Assembly (NCBI GenBank): GCA_963825865.1
Contig: CAWGVG010000018.1
Span: forward strand, 1-64,000
Reading direction: 5' to 3'
Length of the DNA: 64,000 bases
Source of the DNA: an uncultured Nitrososphaeraceae archaeon
GTDB lineage: Archaea; Thermoproteota; Nitrososphaeria; Nitrososphaerales; Nitrososphaeraceae
Shown: piece by piece, positions 57,306 through 64,000 of the stretch
How the letters are laid out: the number at the start of each line of letters is the position of its first letter
Numbering within the stretch: the first letter of the stretch is position 1
Notes under the pieces: model-generated
Told to the model about the DNA's origin: nothing
What the model saw: the letters and a program-made list of their open reading frames with translations, nothing else
The model's database searches: none
Translations under genes and position numbers: made by a program

Positions 57306-57533
57306 TTATCTTGCTTTTCGATTTTCATCCCATACTATATTCCAATTAAAATTTTGAGTCTTTAAAAGATCAATCATATCCTGTAGATCATGTTCCCTAA
57401 CTGTTACACACTTTAGGAGAAAAATATCTTCATTTTGCAATATCCCTAATCTTAATTTATTGCTACCATCGAACTCTTCATATCTTGCACGTCCTCTCAT
57501 GGTATTCGAAAGGTAAAGTTTCCGTAAGAGCAT
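57306..57533 (-). pseudogene. DUF6036-like nucleotidyltransferase fragment
   Basis: LSNTMRGRA..EDIFLLKCVTVREHDLQDMIDL..NWNIVWDE. Confidence 0.5.
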
Positions 57534-58063
57534 ATAACAATAGTATTAAGATCTACATATTTCTTTTTTTAGGTACTGCTCGCATGTTTACAATACTATA
57601 TTTTTGAAAATCAAGCAATTTTGTCCATAGTGTCCATAGTAACTAGCTATAATCATCCCCGTAATAGATAGTAGTAAATTAATATTGTATATGTATAGAT
57701 AGTGGTAAAGATAGCATATTATTATTATAAAATAGATTGTGGCGAGCCTTGGCTCAATAACAAAATACATGTTAAAAGAGTCAATTAGAAATGGCCGTAG
57801 ACCGCTCAAGTTTGAGACATTGATGCTGAGAAATAAGATATCATATGAAATGTCCAGACAACAGAATTATTAAAAAATAAGTGTATACATTAGGCTACCT
57901 TTGAGTTTGAGTATAATAGCACCAAATCACTAGCGATATGGTTTAACATACCACGGCCGTCAGGGTTGTTTTTCTAGCAACTTGGCAATGTGGAATATCA
58001 TAGTTGCTCGATTGTTATAGTTGACGACGACAGATATACCTATGAAAGCATAAATAAGTTACA

Positions 58064-59650
58064 ATGCAACTGGACCTATTGAAAAATGCATTAACAACTG
58101 TAGCTTTAACTTTAATAATAACATCGATTTTATCTGGCACGTCACTAGTATCAGTTGCCGCTGTTTCTAGTAATTTTTCAACAACCACACCTATCAAACA
58201 TCTTGTTATTATATTTCAAGAAAACGTTTCGTTCGATCACTATTTTGCTACTTATTCTAATGCTACAAATCCATCTGGCGAACCCCCTTTTCATGCATCT
58301 CCAAATACGCCATCAGTTAATGGCCTCTTTAATAATAATACAAATCAATATTCTGCATTTCATACACCTCCAGTACATGGTCTGTCATCAGAATTGCTGA
58401 CACATAATCCTAATCTGGATAATCCGTTTAGGATAGCACGATCTAACGCATCTACATGCAGCAATGCTCACTCATATACGAGATTACAGGAAGCGTACAA
58501 TGGAGGTTTGATGGATAAATTCGTTCAGACTAATTCGCCAACAGGCAATGGTTGCAAACGTAATATAACAATGGGTTACTTTGATGGTAACACGGTTACC
58601 GCTTTGTGGAATTATGCCCAGCATTTTGCAATTAGTGATAACTTTTTCGGCAGCACGTTTGGTCCTTCCACTCCTGGTGCTCTTAACCTTGTGTCAGGTC
58701 AGACTCATGGAGCAACACCACCAACTAACATTTCTGATAACGTAGCAAATGGATCAGTAATAGGCGATCCAAGACCAACTTATGATGATTGTTCTAAGGG
58801 TATAACAGTGTCTATGAATGGAAAGAATATAGGTAACATTCTGAACACAAAAAATATAACTTGGGGATGGTTCCAGGGCGGATTCAAACCAACCGGTAAG
58901 GCTACCGATGGCAAAGATATCTGTAATTCAAAACACCAAAACATTAATGGAACAATGTCGACAGATTATATCCCCCATCATGAACCGTTTCAATACTACA
59001 ATTCTACATCAAACCCTCACCATTTACCTCCGACATTCATATCTATGATCGGAAAAACAGATCAAGCAAACCACCAGTATGATTTAACTGATTTTTGGAA
59101 TGCCGCTGAATCCGGTAACTTACCTTCAGTTAGCTTCCTCAAAGCTGCTGCATATCAAGATGGACATGCTGGATACTCTGATCCCCTTGATGAGCAGCAT
59201 TTTCTAGTTGATACGATCAACCGCTTACAAAAACTAGCAGAATGGAACAGTCCTGCAGTCATTATAGCTTATGATGATTCAGATGGCTGGTATGACCATG
59301 TCATGCCTCCTATAATCAGTCAATCTAACGACCCAAAGAATGATGCACTGCTAGGAAAGGACGGCCTGTGTGGCCAGGCTCCTGCGGGTGCTTACCAAGA
59401 TCGCTGTGGTTATGGGCCCCGCCTTCCTTTCTTGGTGATATCCCCATACGCAAAAGTAAACTATGTTGACCACCAAATCATAGACCAGACATCTATCATA
59501 CGCTTTATAGAGGATAATTGGGGCTTAGAGCGAATTGGAGATCAATCATTTGATGTCAAAGCTGGATCAATTATGAATATGTTTAATCTTACAACTAGTC
59601 ATTATACAAACAAACTCATTCTCGATCCTTTAACAGGGATAGAAAAATGA
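58064..59650 (+). CDS. Phospholipase C / acid phosphatase (AcpA-type phosphoesterase), secreted
   Basis: PIKHLVIIFQENVSFDHYF, FGPSTPGALN, YIPHHEPFQY, DGHAG, YDDSDGWYDHV, GPRLPFLVISP. Confidence 0.93.
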   Translation: MQLDLLKNALTTVALTLIITSILSGTSLVSVAAVSSNFSTTTPIKHLVIIFQENVSFDHYFATYSNATNPSGEPPFHASPNTPSVNGLFNNNTNQYSAFHTPPVHGLSSELLTHNPNLDNPFRIARSNASTCSNAHSYTRLQEAYNGGLMDKFVQTNSPTGNGCKRNITMGYFDGNTVTALWNYAQHFAISDNFFGSTFGPSTPGALNLVSGQTHGATPPTNISDNVANGSVIGDPRPTYDDCSKGITVSMNGKNIGNILNTKNITWGWFQGGFKPTGKATDGKDICNSKHQNINGTMSTDYIPHHEPFQYYNSTSNPHHLPPTFISMIGKTDQANHQYDLTDFWNAAESGNLPSVSFLKAAAYQDGHAGYSDPLDEQHFLVDTINRLQKLAEWNSPAVIIAYDDSDGWYDHVMPPIISQSNDPKNDALLGKDGLCGQAPAGAYQDRCGYGPRLPFLVISPYAKVNYVDHQIIDQTSIIRFIEDNWGLERIGDQSFDVKAGSIMNMFNLTTSHYTNKLILDPLTGIEK

Positions 59651-59698
59651 ACGTAATTATGAGATGAAAAAACGGCTACAAAGAATTAATTCTACCTA

Positions 59699-60806
59699 TA
59701 CTGCCTAACAAAAATGCGTAGAATGGTTTAATGATTTTGTTCGCTGTGTTTTTAGCTTGGTAAACCAGTATTTAATTTCTGGTGGCTACATCTACTACTC
59801 TTTTGGACTATGCTTACAAACGTGAATCGGACGCCAATGTGAGGGAAAGAATTCTGCTAGTTAGACGGATCATCTCTGATGGTCAAGATATGGTACTGGT
59901 ATCTAAAGAAGAACTTCACAGGTCAAGAGCCTGGGCTTACAAATGGCTCAAAAGATTTGATAATGAAGGTGTGGAAGGACTGAAAGATAGACCTAGAAGT
60001 GGCAGACCTCCTGATGTACCTGAAGAGAAGCTGTCAAAGATAAGAAGAGAACTATCAGAAAACCCATCAGGTTGGAAGGCTAAGGAAATTATGAACATAA
60101 TTCACAAGAAAGCAGGTGTAAGATACCATGAAGTTCATGTCTATAGGCTACTACACAAGTGGGGTTTCAAACCTAAAGTACCACAAAGGAGATTTGTCAA
60201 TACAGCACCAAAAGAAGAGAAAGAAGCGTTCAAAAAAAGGCTGAAGAAATAATCTCAACAAACATCCCTGAGGGATTCACGGTAGTGGTCAAAGATGAAT
60301 CCATATTCGTACATGACACATTGATTAGAAGAAGGATGTGGACACCAGAAGGAATACGTCCAATGGTAGTAACGACTGGCTCGCATCAGAAAACATGTGT
60401 ATTTGGTACAATTACCCTTGATGGACGACAATTATTATTCAGACAGTACAAGACGTTTGACCAGTACTCCTTCATTTCGTATCTAGGGGAACTCAAAAGA
60501 AAGTTTCACAAACTGATCATATTTCTTGACCGAGCACCACAGCATTATCGTTCCAAGAGAGTTAGAGCATATCTAGAAAGAAATAATGATGTCATGACAG
60601 TTGAATACCTTCCAAAGGGATCGCCTGAATTCAGCGCAGTAGAAGAATGCTGGAAACAGGGAAAAGATGATCTACTGGTATCAAAATACTATCCCAGGTT
60701 TACAAATCTAAAAGCAGCTATTGCAGACTACTATAGGACAAAACACTTCAACTTGAATATCGTCAAATACCTGATGAGAGAGTCTGCGAATTTATGTTAG
60801 TAGGTA
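59699..60806 (+). mobile_element. IS630-family insertion sequence
   Basis: 24-bp imperfect TIRs (tactgcctaacaaaaatgcgtaga / tctgcgaatttatgttagtaggta, 18/24) flanked by TA at 59697-59698 and 60807-60808. Confidence 0.9.
59782..60800 (+). CDS. tnp: IS630 transposase (HTH orfA + DDE orfB, joined by -1 shift at A7, 60232-60238)
   Basis: GLKDRPRSGRP HTH region; DES, LDRAPQH, PEFSAVE catalytic triad. Confidence 0.9.
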
Positions 60807-60968
60807 TAACCATCACCACCGCGATCATGAAAAATTCATACTGTCTGTGATATACCATAACAGAAAAAGGAAAAGGATAACGGATATCAATGTGCCAACA
60901 GATAAAATGAGAGCTAACTAATTATTTGGTCGAAATTACAAATTGCTCCGTTACAATAACAATTGCTG

Positions 60969-61100
60969 GGCGGGGTGGACGGGGTATTTTACGTTTTAAG
61001 CGCAATTTGAAAGATGAATATATTAGTAATTTATATTTTTTATAATCCATAATAATCTAGTAATAATAGAAAGTTACTATGGCCACCCCATCCACTCGCC
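60969..61100. repeat. GC-rich imperfect inverted repeat around an AT-rich 100-bp core
   Basis: ggcggggtggacggggt (60969-60985) pairs with accccatccactcgcc (61085-61100). Confidence 0.5.
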
Positions 61101-61359
61101 TCATTTAAACTGGGTATGTTAGCGCCATTGCAGATTGAGTTACAGCTAAAGTTGCTACCAATGTCGCTAGCAACAATACCGATGATTTGAATGTACATTC
61201 TTTTTTTATTGCAAAGATTCAGTAGGTAAAGTCGTTGTAATTAGATTATCAGTAAAATATATAGAGATAGCTTTTAGTCATTTTGTATTGTTATACTTTT
61301 AATTCTATATTTTTCTTATCTTGTTCCCTTGTCAAGCAAATGACGCAGATTTTGTTCCT

Positions 61360-61709
61360 ACTTTAACTGTTTCTTCCCTCCGCAAGGATGGAAGCCCTCA
61401 CGTTGCTCCTGTCTGGTTTGTTTTAGATGAGAATAGTAACGATGACATTATTTTGACTACATCGCACGAATCTATAAAAGCATTTCAGTGGACGACCAAA
61501 AACCACCATACTCTTTCGTAATTGTAAATGGTATTGCACAGATTAGCGAGGAACCATCAGATCTTCTGAAATGGGCAACAAAAATAGCAGAAAGATACAT
61601 GGGAAGAGATAATGCTGAATCTTATGGCAAAAGAAACAGTGTTAAAGGAGAGTTACTGATAAGGGTAAAAGCTACCAAGACTATTGGACAGAAAGATATT
61701 GCGTTATAA
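61360..61709 (+). pseudogene. PPOX-class F420-dependent enzyme with internal deletion
   Basis: RKDGSPHVAPVWFV..ESIKA / SISVDDQKPPYSFVIVNG..IAERYMG. Confidence 0.8.
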
Positions 61710-61994
61710 CTATATCGAGATATGGATCTAGATGGATAGCAGAGACTGTATTCTCATCACTGAAGATAGGAATGCCAGCAACAAATAAACACGCTTATTA
61801 TAAAACGGGATAGGCAAGCCTTAGGTTGAGAATTCGGAATTCATGATTAATTTGAATTCATCCTTCTCTCTTGTTATAGCCATGTCTAATTTCGCACAAA
61901 TTCTGTATTAATACGTATATCATATTTTCCTATATACGGAAATATTCGTCATGAATGTTTTTCATCATTTTTGTTAGTCACTTTTGTTAGAACG

Positions 61995-62190
61995 TTAGTT
62001 GTGGCTTATTTTTCCTTTCAAGCCATACTTGTGATTAAGAAATTTATTTGCCTTTTCTGATTCTGAAGTAATACTTGCCATTCTCATCTCACCATCTATC
62101 CATTTACCCTTTGGCTGTCCACGAAGGTATTTTGACTTTGCACGTTTTACTTTCCCAGAACTCATATCAGTTCTGATATATAGTGTTCTG
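61995..62190 (-). pseudogene. PPOX-class (Rv2061-like) relic
   Basis: IYIRTDMSSGKVKRA..RGQPKGKWIDGE..LNHKYGL, with the NP.V segment deleted. Confidence 0.6.
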
Positions 62191-62264
62191 CATCTCCTCG
62201 TTTGCTGTAGCTACTCTGAGTTCTGTTAGTCATCTCGACACTTCGTGTCCACTCAATTGATAAT

Positions 62265-63320
62265 TCATCTATTTTGGCCTGTAGTTGAAAGAAATGTTTG
62301 TAATATCTTACTGATTTCATCCGGATATTGATCCATTACTGCATGACCAGCATCTTTGATCTGTACAAGCCAGGCTCCTGGAATCTTTTCTACAATCTTT
62401 AAAGAATTAACATACGGCTGGTATTTATCATCATCCGTTCCAGTTATGACCAACGTGGGTTTAGCCAATTTCGCAAGCTCATCACAAGCACCACTCCAGT
62501 TTGGATTGTCCTCCCAATGCTTTCCTACATTATTCTGATTATTCGCTATTTCAGGGGTCAAACCAGGCTTCAATTGTTGTAATGTGGTAATGTTTGCTGG
62601 AATGTCAAGAGATTCAGGATGTAGTTTGATCCATCCTGATCCTAAAGAGGCAGAACTAAGCGATTTTATTTCCTCTGCAGTGATTGAAATATTGTTTAGA
62701 GATTTGTTTACAATATCGGACTGCAATTTTATAAACTCAGGTGGTTTAGGTGTATGATCTCTTCCGCCACATGATGAACCAACAAGTACAAGACTGTTAA
62801 CCTTATCTGGATACATGATTGTAAGCTGTTGGGCTAAATATGATCCAAGTGAATATCCCATAACATCTGCTTTTGGTATTTTCAGAGCATCAAGCAAACC
62901 AGCTGTATCGTTTGCTAGTTGCTGATAAGTATATGGTTTGGAACCAGCTGTTGTATTTCCAATTCCACGTTGATCAAACGCTATTACTGTATGATTTGAA
63001 GAAAGACCCGCTGGAAAGGACGGGTCCCAGGCATCCATACCATCAGAAGCGCCATTGAAAAGTAAAATAGGGTAACCTTTACCAATGGTCTTGTATGCAA
63101 TGTCAATGTCTCCTACACGGACTTTTTTTACTGGTATATCTTGTATGTTTACCGAACTCGTAGTATTGGAATTCATTTGGTCTGGATTTGACTGACTATA
63201 CGCAACCTTAGAAGTGCCAAAATAGCCATCAATACTAATTAATGAACTAGCGATAATAAGCATAGGTGTGACAGCAATAAGGACTAGATGATCTTTCCAA
63301 ATAAATCTGTGAGTTGACAT
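62265..63320 (-). CDS. Secreted alpha/beta hydrolase
   Basis: N-terminal TM; FDQRGIG, GYSLG, TGTDD, DAGH. Confidence 0.9.
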   Translation of the reverse strand: MSTHRFIWKDHLVLIAVTPMLIIASSLISIDGYFGTSKVAYSQSNPDQMNSNTTSSVNIQDIPVKKVRVGDIDIAYKTIGKGYPILLFNGASDGMDAWDPSFPAGLSSNHTVIAFDQRGIGNTTAGSKPYTYQQLANDTAGLLDALKIPKADVMGYSLGSYLAQQLTIMYPDKVNSLVLVGSSCGGRDHTPKPPEFIKLQSDIVNKSLNNISITAEEIKSLSSASLGSGWIKLHPESLDIPANITTLQQLKPGLTPEIANNQNNVGKHWEDNPNWSGACDELAKLAKPTLVITGTDDDKYQPYVNSLKIVEKIPGAWLVQIKDAGHAVMDQYPDEISKILQTFLSTTGQNR

Positions 63321-63661
63321 TATTCGCCGTCACTGGCTGTTACATATTTAAAGCGATCTGAGCTGGGAGGCAAAAATGAAGTGAGCGCAGCTGATGTGCC
63401 TGTAATGTGATCTATCCCCTGTGCTTACAGAACAGAGAAATGAATTATCTATCGCCTTCAACACCAACAACATCAACAACGGAAACAACTTCTATGGACC
63501 CAATAAATAATGATAGAGTAGGAGAAGGAGAAGCCTATTTACCTCCACTTTTAGAGAAGGAAAATATCATTTGGTCCAGACGCAACACAAAAGGCATATT
63601 TCATAAAAGAACCACAAAAAGAGAATGGATAACTAACTACAGAATCGTGAAATGCCCCAGT

Positions 63662-64000
63662 TCATTCTTTATTACATCCCCTCCTTCCCTTGCACCAATT
63701 AATATTATCTGCGCATTTTGATAGTCTGAATTTTGTATCTTTAGCTAGAGACACAAAATTCTCAGTTTCATTGAATTCGTTTAACACGTCCTGTGGATAT
63801 TTTGGCTGTTCTTCAGTGCTTGGATAACCTTTTAGGGCTATGCATTTTAGGATTAACAACTGAAACAATATAACTTGCTTCAAGTCCGATACCCAACTCC
63901 CTCTGAGCTTCCCTTGGTTGTTCTAGTATTTCTAAAATATATGCAAGTTCTGCATGCTTTGGTGTTTTACTATGGCATACTTGCATTTCCCTACAGGCCT
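63662..64000 (-). pseudogene. Hypothetical protein relic running off the window end
   Basis: RPVGKCKYAIV / HAELAYILE..QRELGI.LEASYIVSVVNP / PKYP.. across frameshifts. Confidence 0.5.

Noticed and set aside
60967-60985. Reverse complement resembles a tRNA 3' end (ccccgtccaccccgccca), suggesting an att site
   Set aside because: No TTCRA T-loop or other tRNA structure. Better explained as one arm of the inverted repeat.

Overview
AT-rich archaeal DNA, about one-third GC by eye. Gene content points to a soil ammonia-oxidising archaeon of the Nitrososphaeraceae: cupredoxins, PQQ sugar dehydrogenase, CHRD protein, F420/PPOX enzymes, lineage-typical sensor-kinase N-termini, small Cys-rich proteins and Asn-rich inserts. 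This is a low-coding-density accessory region. Intact genes include a Hrq1/YprA-type DUF1998 helicase, an orphan Type III-like DNA methyltransferase, a ferritin-like protein, a Rieske-flavodoxin fusion, CDF and EamA transporters, a class III cyclase, HtrA, a phospholipase C/acid phosphatase and a complete IS630 element. Between them lie many frameshifted, truncated or internally deleted gene relics, including a tyrosine-integrase tail, a cas6 5' fragment and a GC-rich actinobacterial-type muconolactone isomerase. I found no rRNA, tRNA or CRISPR array, and no complete multi-gene novel system can be demonstrated. The best leads are: (i) a palindromic TTAAC-N3-GTTAA box next to BRE/TATA in promoters of small Zn-finger genes and a cyclase locus; (ii) a helically phased ATCGCTAGCGAT-type palindrome array; (iii) a hidden wHTH plus TFB-cyclin-like fusion gene; (iv) an unusual secreted His/Cys-rich cupredoxin-like protein. 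All family calls come from motif recognition by eye, not database searches.
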